Positions 19,109 to 30,278 of a stretch of 64,000 bases of DNA are shown here, in pieces; the first letter of the stretch is position 1; every line of letters begins with the position of its first letter. Below the pieces are notes generated by a model. It was not told where the DNA came from, did not search any database, and saw only the letters and a program-made list of their open reading frames with translations. The stretch comes from Spirochaetia bacterium (lineage in GTDB: Bacteria; Spirochaetota; Spirochaetia; DSM-2461): positions 1,248,001 to 1,312,000 of the forward strand of contig OY764216.1 of assembly GCA_963668315.1 (NCBI GenBank). The letters are read 5' to 3'. The position numbers and the translations under genes are program-made.

Positions 19109-22082
19109 TCAGTTGGAAGGCGTGGAAGACTGGGATACAGACTTTTATGTAAATGACTATAGTACGATTTCTGCCGCCAGGGAAAAGAACTCGGCCCAGG
19201 TTGCGCTGGAGATTGCAGAAGAGGGAATCACCCTTCTGAAAAATGACAATGTCTTGCCTCTGGCCAAGGGAAGCGGCGTTACTCCCTTTGGACTGCGCTA
19301 TCTTGATCCTGTCTACGGGGGAACGGGATCGGGCAACGTAAGCGTTCGCATGAGTTATATCGATACTCCCCAAGAAGTTTTCAACGAATATTTTTCCATA
19401 GATCCTCTGGTGGAAAGCAAGCTGGAAAGCGGAACCCATTACTATCTCCCCGCCCCGGAAGAAGCGGGTGTCGCGGCCGGAGGATGGCAGTCGGAAAAAC
19501 CTAAAACAGTCAGCGCTACTCTCTTCGAGAACCATTCCTGGATGGATGAATTAAATCCTTCGGAAGTTTACGATTTCGAATATCTTAATGCCGCCCGGGG
19601 AACTGTCGGCATCGTTTTCATCGGGCGTACCGGTGGAGAGAGTAATGATGTTTATAATGGGAAGAACGGTCCCTATGCGGACGGGGCTTCCCACGAGCTG
19701 CAGCTGAACGAGTATGAAAAGGAAACGATAAGAATCGCCAAAGAGAGCTGCGGGAAGGTGATAGCCGTCCTGGAAACGTCCAATATCATCGAGATCGATG
19801 AGCTGGCGGCATCCGATGGCGATTTGTCCGTTGACGCGATTGTCTGGATGGGAGGCGCCGGAGCGAAAGGGTTCCGCGGTTTAACCAGAATCCTCAGTGG
19901 TGAGGTGAACCCTTCCGGTCATCTTCCCGATACCTGGATGACTTCTATAGCGGATAATCCCGTTTCTCTGAACCATGGGGAATTCCTGTATAAAAATTTG
20001 ACATACAACGGGATCACTCAATCCATGGTTGAATACGATGAGGGGATCTATGTAGGGTACCGCTATTATGAAACGGTTCATGATCTCAAGGGATACTTTA
20101 GTGTAAGAGGGGAGGCTCTCGGATACGGGACCCTCACGGCAAACGGATCCATTAAAGAAACCGGCGCCGTTCTGTATCCCTTCGGCTATGGTCTTTCCTA
20201 TACGGATTTCTCCCAGGAGATAGAGAGCATAGAAGAGACAGAAACGGACGTAAAGGTTACGGTTGTCGTTAGAAATAACGGTACCGTGGCAGGAAAAGAT
20301 GCGGTACAGGTCTATTTCAAACCTCCCTACACGAAGCTGGATATTGAGAATAGAATCGAAAAGTCTACGGTAAATCTCATCGCCTACGGAAAGACGGGCC
20401 TCATCCCGGAAAACGGCGGATCAGAGACACTTGAATTGTCGTTCCCCAAAGAGGATATGGCGTCCTACAGCTATATGCGAAGCAATCCGAATGGAACCAG
20501 GGGCTGCTACATGCTTGAGAAAGGGGAGTATGAGATCTCCCTGAGAGGCAACAGCCACGAAGTCCTGGGTCTGGGAACCGTGAATGTGGAATCCACCACA
20601 TGGTATGACGGAAGCAATAAGGATCTTATCAGACAGTCCGAAATCGATGCTCAGAATTCGGCCGGCGGCGGAAGTCTTGTCTATAACTACAGGGCGGCGA
20701 CAAATCAGTTCGAAGAAAGCAATGAGCACATGGCGGGCAAGACGGATATTCTTACCCGGGCAGACGGTTCTCTTTCAAATAATGTGGAATCCCCTACCGT
20801 CGAGGATCTTACCGCGCCGGATGATCTAATTGAGAACGTCAATACCCTGGAATTCTTCGATCCTGAAACGGATCCCCTGCTGGGAAATGTAAAGGGGAGT
20901 CTGATATACGAAGAGAAGGCTCCTCAGTCCGGGGCAAGCCGGGATTTGACACTGGCCGATATAAGGGGAGTCCCTTACGATGATCCGAAATGGGATGCCC
21001 TGTTGAACCAGCTGGATCTGACCGAATCATCCGATGTGTGGCAGACTCTTCTTTCCAGTGCCTATGCCGTAGGGGCGATTGAAAGCGTCGGGAAACCGGC
21101 TACTTCTGAGGCGGACGGTCCCCAGGGAATCAGCTCCATGTACGGGAACCCCAACGATAACGGCAATGCCTGGTGCAGCGCGCCGATTCTTGCCGCGACT
21201 TTCAATGAGGACCTTGCCTTCAGGATGGGCGCGGCCGTCGGGCAGGAGGCTCTGGCGGACGGGATATCGGCCTGGTACGCTCCGGGCATGAATATCCACA
21301 GGTCCCCCTTTTCCGGCAGGAATTTCGAATACTATAGTGAAGACCCTGTCCTTACCGGCTATATGGCGTCCCGGGTTGTTTCGGGTGCGGCGGATTACGG
21401 TCTGGCCTGTGTCATCAAGCATCTCTTTCTGAATGATCAGGAGACGAACCGGGAACACTTGAATACCTGGGCCGATGAACAGACAATGCGGGAAATCTAC
21501 CTCAAGCCCTTCGAGATCGCCATTAAGAAGTCCTTTACCGATCTGAAATATATCGCCGATACTCAGGGGACTGTGAAAACGAGGACCCAGCGAGCCTGTA
21601 CGGGCATTATGACCAGCATGGGAAATCTCGGATCTTCCTACTGCGGAACCAACTATAACCTGGCGACTAATGTGCTCAGAGGAGAAATGGGATTCCGGGG
21701 AATGATCATGACCGACATGGCGGAAAATCCCAACAACTCACGGGACAAGATGATTCGCTCTGGTGTGGATCTATACATGTACTTCAAGCCTGCCGAGATG
21801 GATTCCCTTGCGGACCCCGCCAGTCCGACGGCGCAGAACGCCATGCGGAATGCGGTCAAGAACGTTTCCTATATGGTAGCGAATAACGGCGCCATGCAGG
21901 GGGTCGCTCCCGGCGCTTCCGTATCCTATACCACATCCCCCTGGGTGATCTGGCTCTGGGTCGCGAATATCGTCATATACGTCTTCGTTATTTTCATGGC
22001 TGTCGTGATGGTTCTTAGGAGCAGAGATGCCAAACATAATCCGCAGAAATATAAAAAATAGGTAATAAAAGAGGCGTGCCGA

Positions 22083-23528
22083 ATGGAAAAACAAGCTTTT
22101 AACCCCTATCTGCCGGGATACGAATACATACCTGACGGAGAGCCCTACGTCTTTGATGACAGGATTTACGTTTATGGCTCCCATGACAGGTTTAACGGGA
22201 AAATCTTCTGCTTGAATGATTACGTATGCTGGTCGGCTCCTGTGGACGATTTGAGTGACTGGCGTTATGAGGGTGTCATCTATAAGAAGAAGCAGGATCC
22301 TAAAAACAGATGGGGGCTGAGGCTCTTGTTTGCTCCCGATGTCGTACAGGGACCGGACGGACGATTCTATCTTTATTACGCCTTTGATTTTATGGGGATC
22401 ATGGGAGTGGCCGTTTGCGATACCCCGGCCGGACAGTACCAATTCCTGGGGCATATTCATTATAAAGACGGAACCCTCTGGGGAAGGAGGAAGGGGGATT
22501 CTTTTCCCTTTGACCCGGGTGTCCTTATGGATGATGATGGAAAGATTTATCTCTATTCGGGCTTCTATATGCCCGTCCCTTCATTATTTACGGGCCTTAA
22601 GTCTCTGAAATTTGAGGGCTGTTATGTCCTGGAACTGGAAAAGGATATGGTTAGCGTCAAAACCGGCGAAAAACTTATGCTTCCCAAGGAGGGAGAGAAC
22701 GCCTTTGCCGGACATGAGTTCTTTGAAGCCAGTTCTATCCGTAAATATAAGGGGAAGTACTACTTCGTATACTCTTCGAGGCATAACCATGAGTTGTGCT
22801 ATGCCGTGAGCGATAGACCGGACGGCGGATATGTTTTCGGTGGTACCCTGGTAAGTAACGGTGATCTGTTCCTGGAGGGAAATGACGATGAAAAGCTTGC
22901 CGGCAACTATATCGGGAATAACCATGGGGGTATGGTCGAGGTAAACGGCCAGTATTATATCTTCTACCACAGACACACCAATCGGACCTCCTACTCCCGC
23001 CAGGCCTGCGCCGAACCGATAAGAATGAGCGAAAATGGATCATTCGAGCAGGTGGAGATGACAAGCTGCGGATTAAACGGCGGGCCTCTGAAGGATGAAG
23101 GCTCCTATGAAGCCAGGATTGCCTGTAATTTATGGTCGAAAGAGGGAACGGGTCGGTATGACGTAAGCCGGAGCAGGAAAGTATACGCGAAACATCCCTA
23201 CTTTACCCAGGACGGCAGAGACAGGAGCACGGATTCTATCCAATATATTGCCAATATGCGGGATGGTTCTACGGCGGGATATAAATTCTTCCTGTTTGAA
23301 AGAGCAAAAAGATTGACTGTAAGCGTACGGGGTAAAGCCAACGGGATTCTCGTCGTTTCCACTGATAAGGAAAGCAAAGAAGTGGCCGCCTGTCTGCAGA
23401 TTGAAAGTACCAGCAGGCACTGGAAGGATTTCACATCTGAATTTACGGCGAAACCGGGGGTCTTTCCCCTGTACTTCCGTTTCAGAGGCCACGGATCATT
23501 GGACTTTCTCTCCTTTTCCTTTGATTAG
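22083..23528 (+). CDS. GH43 glycoside hydrolase with C-terminal CBM6-like domain
   Basis: NPYLPGYEYIPDGEP, YVYGSHD, LFAPDV, FDPGV, FFEASSIR, GNNHGG. Confidence 0.9.
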   Translation: MEKQAFNPYLPGYEYIPDGEPYVFDDRIYVYGSHDRFNGKIFCLNDYVCWSAPVDDLSDWRYEGVIYKKKQDPKNRWGLRLLFAPDVVQGPDGRFYLYYAFDFMGIMGVAVCDTPAGQYQFLGHIHYKDGTLWGRRKGDSFPFDPGVLMDDDGKIYLYSGFYMPVPSLFTGLKSLKFEGCYVLELEKDMVSVKTGEKLMLPKEGENAFAGHEFFEASSIRKYKGKYYFVYSSRHNHELCYAVSDRPDGGYVFGGTLVSNGDLFLEGNDDEKLAGNYIGNNHGGMVEVNGQYYIFYHRHTNRTSYSRQACAEPIRMSENGSFEQVEMTSCGLNGGPLKDEGSYEARIACNLWSKEGTGRYDVSRSRKVYAKHPYFTQDGRDRSTDSIQYIANMRDGSTAGYKFFLFERAKRLTVSVRGKANGILVVSTDKESKEVAACLQIESTSRHWKDFTSEFTAKPGVFPLYFRFRGHGSLDFLSFSFD

Positions 23529-23573
23529 GGAAGGGTATGTAAAAATGATTAGGAGTAGATATTGGAGGGCAAA

Positions 23574-24101
23574 ATGACGGATATGGCCAATGGACCATAT
23601 AAGAAAAAACGATTTCCCGGAATCTCAAAGTGGAAGAGCGAGCACCCGGAGCTGTTTGAATTCATCCTATTCAACATCATGTGCAATGTGGCGACTATTA
23701 CCAATTTTCTGGTTCTCTGGTTAAGCTCTTCCTATTTCTTCAAAGCGTTCAGTGACAGGAACTTTTCCTGGTTCATATTCGAATATTCCATAGAAAATAG
23801 TGGACTGAACGGGTTTTTGAGTTTTCTTCTGGCCTATACCTGCGCTCAGATCGTGAATTTTATTGTGCAGAGAAAGGTCGTTTTCGGGGCGAATAACAGC
23901 GTGGGAAAAGTCTTGCCCATTTATGTCGCCACCGTGGCTGTCGCCGGAGTCATTTCGGTCTGGCTGCCCCCCTATGTCATTGCCTTAACGCAGCCTTACC
24001 TTGGCGGTTTTGCAAAAATATTCGCCAACGGGGTGAATATTTTTATACAGGTTCTTATCAACTATCCCATGATGAAGTTTGTCATTATGAAAAAGAAATA
24101 G
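23574..24101 (+). CDS. GtrA-like small membrane protein
   Basis: About 4 TM helices; QIVNFIVQRKVVF and NYPMMKFVIM motifs; GGAGG RBS before ATG 23574. Confidence 0.65.
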   Translation: MTDMANGPYKKKRFPGISKWKSEHPELFEFILFNIMCNVATITNFLVLWLSSSYFFKAFSDRNFSWFIFEYSIENSGLNGFLSFLLAYTCAQIVNFIVQRKVVFGANNSVGKVLPIYVATVAVAGVISVWLPPYVIALTQPYLGGFAKIFANGVNIFIQVLINYPMMKFVIMKKK

Positions 24102-24192
24102 GAGGAGATGTGAGGAATGATGTGATATGTTTTCCGCTTTTAATTTGTAGGTATTTAGATGTTGTATTTTCAATAAATGGAGGAAAATCAAA

Positions 24193-26517
24193 ATGAGAAA
24201 AATTGCTAGTATCGTAATCGCTGTTGCACTGCTAGCCGCTTTTGCTTCGTGTTCGAAAAAAGATCCTTTCGAAACGAGTATCTATAGCGAGCAGCCGACA
24301 ATCGTAACCTTTCAGGATTATCTTTCGGAAAATCCGGATCTGCCAAGCGAAGGTGTTGACCCCGTTTTAGCGTTTGGTGCGGAAAAGGGAATCATTGAGA
24401 AAAAGGGATTTCAGTTTAAGGATTCCAACGGGAACGGAGAGCTTGATCCCTATGAAGACTGGAGACTTTCTCCCCGCGAGAGAGCTGTGAACCTGGTTTC
24501 TTTGCTTCCTGTGGAAGAGAAGTTAGCCCTGCTGGATTACCCGTTGAATAAAATCAATGCCTTTGATGACGGTTTTGCCATCCCCGGTCTTTATGATGAC
24601 GGAACTTACAAAGAAGATTCCGCAGCGGAGAGGATCGTTGAATGGGGCCACCGATATGAAAATACGAAAATGAATAATATCGCTCCTCTGGATCTTTCCA
24701 AGTTTCTGAACAATATTCAGGGGCTGTCGGAAAGACTGGACTATGGTATTCCCTATTTCTTTTCCAAGGCTCCCGAATTTTCTCTGTGGACCGGCAATGA
24801 ACTGGACCCGTCCCAGGAAACGGGCTGGCCCTTCTGGATCGGTTTCGGAGCTATCGACGACCTGCATGTGACAAAACAGTTTGGAGAAACCGTTCGCCAG
24901 GAAATGATTATGAGCGGCCGCCACGGTGTGGTTGGACCCCAGCTGGATCTGGCCACGGAACCGCGATGGGCCCGTATCGCCTATACGTTCCACTCCGACC
25001 CCGAGATGGTTTCAAAGCACGCCACTGCCTTTATACAGGGGATGCAAGGAGACAAGCTTGATAAAAACGATATTGCCGTAAACGGTGTCGTTTCTTTCGT
25101 TAAGCATTTTCCCGGTACGGGATCCTGTGAACAGGGAATGGATAACCACACCTATGCCGGAAGATACAGCGTTTTCCCCGGGGATAATTTTGATGCCCAT
25201 CTTCAGCCTTTCAAGGATGTATTTCAGAACGCCAAGCCGGGCGGTGTGATGATCGCCTATAGTATCTATGATATAGAGAAGTACAAGGATGTTGAAAACG
25301 GAGCTCCCGTAGATGAAGCCGCTTCTTTTTCCACAAAAATCGTAAAGGGATTGCTGGGAGAAGAACTTGGGTTTGACGGAGCTATTGTTTCCGATTCGGG
25401 CGTTGTCAAGACCGAGGCCTGGGGGCATGAGGATGAGACCGAGGCGGAACGTCTGGCGGCCATGGTTAATGCGGGTACCTATCAGTATATGCCCGGCGCC
25501 GATGAAGGCTGGAGAATGGAAGCCTATGAGAAGGGTTTGATTTCCGATGAAGTCATTGATGACGCCGTCGTCCATTCTCTGGTTCTCCAGTTCGAAACAG
25601 GTCTCTTTGAGAATCCCTATGTCAATATTGCGGAAGCGGAAAAGTTCTGGGATCCCAATGGCAAGGAGAGACAGAAGAGAAATGAACTGGGCTATGAGGC
25701 TATGAAAAAAGCCATGGTTATGGTGAAGAACGATGAACTGAATGCTGATAACAATGTTCTTCCCGTAAGAGCTGGTTATGATCCCTATATCGAGACCGTC
25801 GATATTAACGGCAACGGAAAAGTGGATGTCTACTTTGACAGCGCTTTCCCCGATTCCGACAGCGGTCAGGCAAAGACCTACGCTAAAGCGACGGAAGAGA
25901 AATTCTCCTACGTCAATTTCGTTTCCGATATCAATGAAGCCGATGTGGCTGTCGTGAGAATCAATGCCAGAGGCGGTACTTACTTCGGAACCCAGGGACC
26001 CGTTCCCCTTGACTTCGAAAGCCCCACCCTCGTCTACGATAGGGAAGCCAAAAAGTTTACCGATGAGGTTGTTGAGAACTTTACCGACCTTAAAAACTTC
26101 ACCTTCGGCGACTGGAGCAACGTGGGCGGCCCCGAGATGATCAAACAGGGTTACCGTGCTTACCTGAGCTATTCGGACAGTATCGCCGCTATCAACAAAG
26201 CTCTGGCGGCAAAAGCGGCCCGGCCGGAGATGAAACTTGTCGTCGGCATGACCGCCCCGAGACCGGGAATCGTTTCTTCCTTCATTGATGATGTGGACGG
26301 CATGTATATCGATTTCGCCGCTACCGATTCCGCTTTCCTCGACGTTCTTTTCTGGTGGGACGGCGCCAAGCCGGAAGGTTCCCTTCCCGTGGAATTCCCC
26401 AGGGATAACGAATCGGTCAACGCTCAGTTGGAAGATGTTCCCGGTGATACGGAGAATCCCCTTTTCGAAGTGGGCTTTGGACTTGAATATACCAAGGTGA
26501 GCGGCTACGGCTACTGA
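24193..26517 (+). CDS. GH3 glycoside hydrolase, lipoprotein
   Basis: Lipobox FASC; DPYEDWRL, PQLDLATEPRWAR, VKHFPG, FDGAIVSD, PLFEVGFGL. Confidence 0.9.
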   Translation: MRKIASIVIAVALLAAFASCSKKDPFETSIYSEQPTIVTFQDYLSENPDLPSEGVDPVLAFGAEKGIIEKKGFQFKDSNGNGELDPYEDWRLSPRERAVNLVSLLPVEEKLALLDYPLNKINAFDDGFAIPGLYDDGTYKEDSAAERIVEWGHRYENTKMNNIAPLDLSKFLNNIQGLSERLDYGIPYFFSKAPEFSLWTGNELDPSQETGWPFWIGFGAIDDLHVTKQFGETVRQEMIMSGRHGVVGPQLDLATEPRWARIAYTFHSDPEMVSKHATAFIQGMQGDKLDKNDIAVNGVVSFVKHFPGTGSCEQGMDNHTYAGRYSVFPGDNFDAHLQPFKDVFQNAKPGGVMIAYSIYDIEKYKDVENGAPVDEAASFSTKIVKGLLGEELGFDGAIVSDSGVVKTEAWGHEDETEAERLAAMVNAGTYQYMPGADEGWRMEAYEKGLISDEVIDDAVVHSLVLQFETGLFENPYVNIAEAEKFWDPNGKERQKRNELGYEAMKKAMVMVKNDELNADNNVLPVRAGYDPYIETVDINGNGKVDVYFDSAFPDSDSGQAKTYAKATEEKFSYVNFVSDINEADVAVVRINARGGTYFGTQGPVPLDFESPTLVYDREAKKFTDEVVENFTDLKNFTFGDWSNVGGPEMIKQGYRAYLSYSDSIAAINKALAAKAARPEMKLVVGMTAPRPGIVSSFIDDVDGMYIDFAATDSAFLDVLFWWDGAKPEGSLPVEFPRDNESVNAQLEDVPGDTENPLFEVGFGLEYTKVSGYGY

Positions 26518-26591
26518 GTTAAGACTCGGTTACCTGCTGTAATCCGGACAAGAAAAATTCAAGAAAACGTAACATAAGGAAATATTGTCAT

Positions 26592-26621
26592 AAAGAGCCC
26601 CATGAAAATTGGGGTTCTTTT
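26592..26621 (+). terminator. Hairpin terminator
   Basis: AAAGAGCCCCA...TGGGGTTCTTTT. Confidence 0.6.
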
Positions 26622-26648
26622 CAATATGTTAAAATTGGAGGTTATAAA

Positions 26649-28112
26649 GTGACAATTCGCAAAAAAGATCTTTTTGCCAGAAAAATAGCCAAAATCGCGG
26701 CCACTCTGCTTACCGCATCCATGATTTCGGCCGGTTCTCTGACTTCATGCAGCTTAACGAAGAAAAACCAGCCGAACATAGTACTGATTTTGACCGATGA
26801 CCAGGGATTCGGTGATATAGGTGTTTATGGCTGTACCGATATCGATACGCCCAATATGGACAAACTCGCCGGAGAAGGAGTCAGGTTCACCAACTTCTAT
26901 TCCTCTTCTCCGGTCTGTACTCCTTCAAGGGCCGGATTGCTTACCGGGTCCTATCCCAAGAGAGTCGGAATGGGTGACGGTGTCTATTTTCCCAACGACC
27001 AGAAAGGTCTCAATCCCGATGAGGTGACCATTGCCGATATGCTCAAAGAGAAGGATTACTCTACTCTGGCGATAGGGAAATGGCATCTGGGACGTCCCAG
27101 CGAAGTCCTTCCCACAGCTCAGGGATTTGATCATTACTACGGGGTTCCCTACAGTAACGATCTGGGACCGGACCATTTCGCCGCCGACCGGTTGGGCGGG
27201 CCTTTTCCCAAGCTGCCCCTTATGGAAGACGAAACGGTTATCGACGAGGGAACGGACGGTTATGGAATAGATCAGACGAAATTGACGAAGCTCTATACGG
27301 ACAGGGCAGTCGAATTTATAAACGGTCATAAAAAAGATCCGTTTTTTCTTTATCTGGCATATAATCAGCCCCATTACCCCAATATATACGGCAAGGATTA
27401 CGAAGGAGCCTCGGACAGGGGGAAATTCGGAGATGCCGTGGAAGAACTGGATTGGAGCCTGGGAGAAATTATGAAAACCCTGGAAGAGAACGGCCTGGAC
27501 GAGAATACCCTGGTTATTTTCACATCGGACAACGGCCCCTGGAAGTTTGTTCTGGATATGCCCGCCGACAAATACGGCCATTGGAGTTCCTGGTCCGACG
27601 GCACAACGGGAAGCTCCGGCCCCTTGCGGGGATGGAAGACAGAAACATATGAGGGCGGTCAGAGAGTACCGGCGATCATGAGATGGCCCGGGAAGATCCC
27701 CGAGGGAAAAGTCACCGATGCCCTGGCGTCTAATCTGGACATACTGCCCACCATCGCGGAAATTACCCAGAGTGATATTTCGGGGAATCCTCCCATTGAC
27801 GGGCACAGTCTAGCCGCTCTCATAAAGGATCCCGAAAATGAGAAGTCCCCCGATGACTATTTTCTTTACTACGATGCGGACGGATTGTATCTGAGGGCCG
27901 TGAGAAATGCGGCCGGCTATAAATTACAAATTCTGGATGAGGAACATAATCGGGGCGATATTAATGCCCTATATTATCTGCCTGAAGATATTCATACGGA
28001 CAAGGACATTTCTGCCGAGCATCCCGAGATTGTGGAAGAGCTGCTTGAAGCCGCCGGAAAGATTGATGATGATGTTGAAGCGAATATGCGTCCTCAGTGG
28101 GAAAGGGAGTAA
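26649..28112 (+). CDS. Cys-type formylglycine-dependent sulfatase (S1), probable lipoprotein
   Basis: PNIVLILTDDQG, CTPSRAGLLTG (CxPxR), GKWHLG, FTSDNGP; lipobox-like LTSC. Confidence 0.93.
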   Translation: MTIRKKDLFARKIAKIAATLLTASMISAGSLTSCSLTKKNQPNIVLILTDDQGFGDIGVYGCTDIDTPNMDKLAGEGVRFTNFYSSSPVCTPSRAGLLTGSYPKRVGMGDGVYFPNDQKGLNPDEVTIADMLKEKDYSTLAIGKWHLGRPSEVLPTAQGFDHYYGVPYSNDLGPDHFAADRLGGPFPKLPLMEDETVIDEGTDGYGIDQTKLTKLYTDRAVEFINGHKKDPFFLYLAYNQPHYPNIYGKDYEGASDRGKFGDAVEELDWSLGEIMKTLEENGLDENTLVIFTSDNGPWKFVLDMPADKYGHWSSWSDGTTGSSGPLRGWKTETYEGGQRVPAIMRWPGKIPEGKVTDALASNLDILPTIAEITQSDISGNPPIDGHSLAALIKDPENEKSPDDYFLYYDADGLYLRAVRNAAGYKLQILDEEHNRGDINALYYLPEDIHTDKDISAEHPEIVEELLEAAGKIDDDVEANMRPQWERE

Positions 28113-28121
28113 TTGAATTAA

Positions 28122-28150
28122 GGTAAGCATGGCGTACGGCCATGCTTGCC
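28122..28150 (+). terminator. Stem-loop after sulfatase
   Basis: GGTAAGCATGGC/GCCATGCTTGCC inverted repeat; U-tract not adjacent. Confidence 0.5.
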
Positions 28151-28233
28151 GGGCTGTACCTTTTATTTTATTCCAAAGGAGTTATAATTAAAAAGGATAG
28201 TATAGAAAGAAACACTTTGTCGGAGATCAGGGA

Positions 28234-28944
28234 ATGCCAAAAATCGCGATAGTCGAAGATAACGAAATATACCAGAGAAAATTGCTTGGCTTTATCAGAG
28301 ATTATGAAAAAGAGAACAATGAGAAATTCCAAGTCAAAGTTTTCTCTGACGGTTTGGAAATACTTGATGATTTCTCCTTTGGTTTTGATATCATCTTTAT
28401 GGATATCATCATGAAAGAGCTGGATGGTATGAAAACCGCGAATATTATTCGCCAAAAGGATAAGAATGTCATTATCATCTTCATTTCCAGTGTTATAGAA
28501 TTTGCCGTGCAAGGCTATTCTGTCGGAGCTTTGAATTACATTATCAAGCCGATTTCCGAGTATGATTTCACCCAGCAGCTGAAAAAAGCCCTGGAGACCC
28601 TGAACCGCAATAACGATTTTTCCCTCACGATTAATCAGAATGGCAATATTATCCGCCTTAATGTATTGGATGTAACCTATATAGAAAGCATGGGGCACGA
28701 CATACATATTAATACTGTGAAAAATTCCTATACATTAAGATGCACGATGAAGGAATTGGAAATAAAATTGAAACCCTATCACTTTATACGATGCAATAGT
28801 TGTTATCTGATAAATCTGAGGTTTGTTCAGAAAATTTCCAATGATACGGTTACCGTTGATGGCAAGGAGCTGAAGATGAGCCGATCCAAAAAGGGCGTAG
28901 TCAGGGATGCGGTTTTGCAGTACGGCGGGAACTTAATGATATGA
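28234..28944 (+). CDS. LytTR-family response regulator
   Basis: Receiver IAIVEDN...FMDII...KP; LytTR FIRCNSCYLINL...MSRSK. Confidence 0.93.
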   Translation: MPKIAIVEDNEIYQRKLLGFIRDYEKENNEKFQVKVFSDGLEILDDFSFGFDIIFMDIIMKELDGMKTANIIRQKDKNVIIIFISSVIEFAVQGYSVGALNYIIKPISEYDFTQQLKKALETLNRNNDFSLTINQNGNIIRLNVLDVTYIESMGHDIHINTVKNSYTLRCTMKELEIKLKPYHFIRCNSCYLINLRFVQKISNDTVTVDGKELKMSRSKKGVVRDAVLQYGGNLMI

Positions 28945-30245
28945 ATCTCATACAGGATATACCAAAAAGCTACACGGCCCTGGCGGAATGGCTTTTCTGT
29001 CTCGTTTTCGTTCTTCTGCTGAAGAGAAGGTTGAATAAGGGAGTTTTCATCATCGTCATGGGCCTCTATCTGCCCTTTCTTATGTTTCTTCACTACTGCA
29101 TTGGTGTTTCTGCGGATATTTACTGGATCCCCCTGATGGCACTCGCGATGGTTTCCATGTTTTTGTGCCTTTTGCTCTGTTACAGAATCAGCTTGATCGA
29201 GGCAGGGTATTACTGGGCTATTGCCTTTCTGGCTGCAGAGTTCATGGCTGCTTTTGAATGGCAGATCTACTCTTATATCCTGAATAAGGGGCTGGATGGC
29301 GTCTGGTTCAAATTCGCTTTTCTTTTCATGTGGTATTTCTCTGCCATTGTGGGTTTTTATCTTATTCAGAGAAAGTATATGGCTGAAAACGGTGTTTACA
29401 GCATTACGGTTAAGGGCTTTCTTGGCTTTTTGCTCTCTGCCCTGGCCACCTTTCTTATGAGTAATATCAGTTATGCCTATCCCGATACCCCCTTTAGCAG
29501 CAGCCTGAAAACAGAAGTTTTTTATATCCGTACTTTGGTGGATTTCGCCGGTCTGGTTATCCTGTTCGTACAACAGGATCGGTGGAGAGAGATCCGGCTG
29601 GAGAAGGAGCTCTCCAATATGAATTTCATACTGATAAAACAGTATGAGCAGTACAAGCAGTCCAAGGAGAGCATAGATTTAATTAACCAGAAGTATCATG
29701 ATTTTAAACATCAGATAGAAATTATCAAGGACGAGAGCGATAAGGAGATAAGAGATTCCTATCTTTCACAAATGGAATCGGGCTTAAAACTTTACGAATC
29801 CAGAAATAATACAGGGAACACCGTGCTGGATACGATTCTCACCGCAAAGAATATGTTCTGCGTCAAGCATAATATTAAATTTTCCTGTGTCGCCGACGGA
29901 AGCCTCCTGGAGTTCATAGATACGATGGATCTGTGCTCTATTTTTGGCAATATCCTCGATAACGCGATTGAAAGCGTGGAAAAACTGGACGAAGAGGATA
30001 AAAAAATCGTCCGGGTCTCCGTATATTCCTATAGCGGTTTTGTGATGATCCGGACGGAGAACTATTTTGAGTCTGATATTAAGATGGTGAACAAAATCCC
30101 CCTATCATCCAAAAAAAATAAGGAATACCATGGATTTGGTCTCAAAAATGTGAAAAGAATCATCTCTAACTATGATGGCACTATGAATATAAAAATCGAT
30201 GATAATTGGTTCTATCTATACATTTCCATTCCGATTCCGGTATGA
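28941..30245 (+). CDS. GHKL-domain membrane sensor kinase (AgrC/VirS-like)
   Basis: Multi-TM N-terminus; KYHDFKHQI, IFGNILDNAIE, HGFGLKNV. Confidence 0.92.
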   Translation: MNLIQDIPKSYTALAEWLFCLVFVLLLKRRLNKGVFIIVMGLYLPFLMFLHYCIGVSADIYWIPLMALAMVSMFLCLLLCYRISLIEAGYYWAIAFLAAEFMAAFEWQIYSYILNKGLDGVWFKFAFLFMWYFSAIVGFYLIQRKYMAENGVYSITVKGFLGFLLSALATFLMSNISYAYPDTPFSSSLKTEVFYIRTLVDFAGLVILFVQQDRWREIRLEKELSNMNFILIKQYEQYKQSKESIDLINQKYHDFKHQIEIIKDESDKEIRDSYLSQMESGLKLYESRNNTGNTVLDTILTAKNMFCVKHNIKFSCVADGSLLEFIDTMDLCSIFGNILDNAIESVEKLDEEDKKIVRVSVYSYSGFVMIRTENYFESDIKMVNKIPLSSKKNKEYHGFGLKNVKRIISNYDGTMNIKIDDNWFYLYISIPIPV

Positions 30246-30278
30246 GCCAATGAATTTTACGAATAGAGAGAGTTGTTA

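Larger units (their letters stand above)
17592..22061 (+). pseudogene. Domain-permuted, membrane-anchored GH3 glycosidase interrupted by IS256 (17592-17761 + 19118-22061)
   Basis: Removing the IS and one TSD copy gives in-frame ...VIHQLE-GVEDWD..., 1037 aa; EEGITLLKND, YPFGYGLSYT, SGRNFEYYSEDP, KHLFLND, MIMTD motifs. Confidence 0.9.

Noticed and set aside
19081..19125. IS-created hybrid promoter driving the downstream GH3 fragment
   Set aside because: TTGCGA in the right IR has no credible -10 at 17-bp spacing
26586..26592. TGTCATA (reverse TATGACA) before the sulfatase as a LytTR site
   Set aside because: Single copy in opposite orientation with no partner at 21 bp
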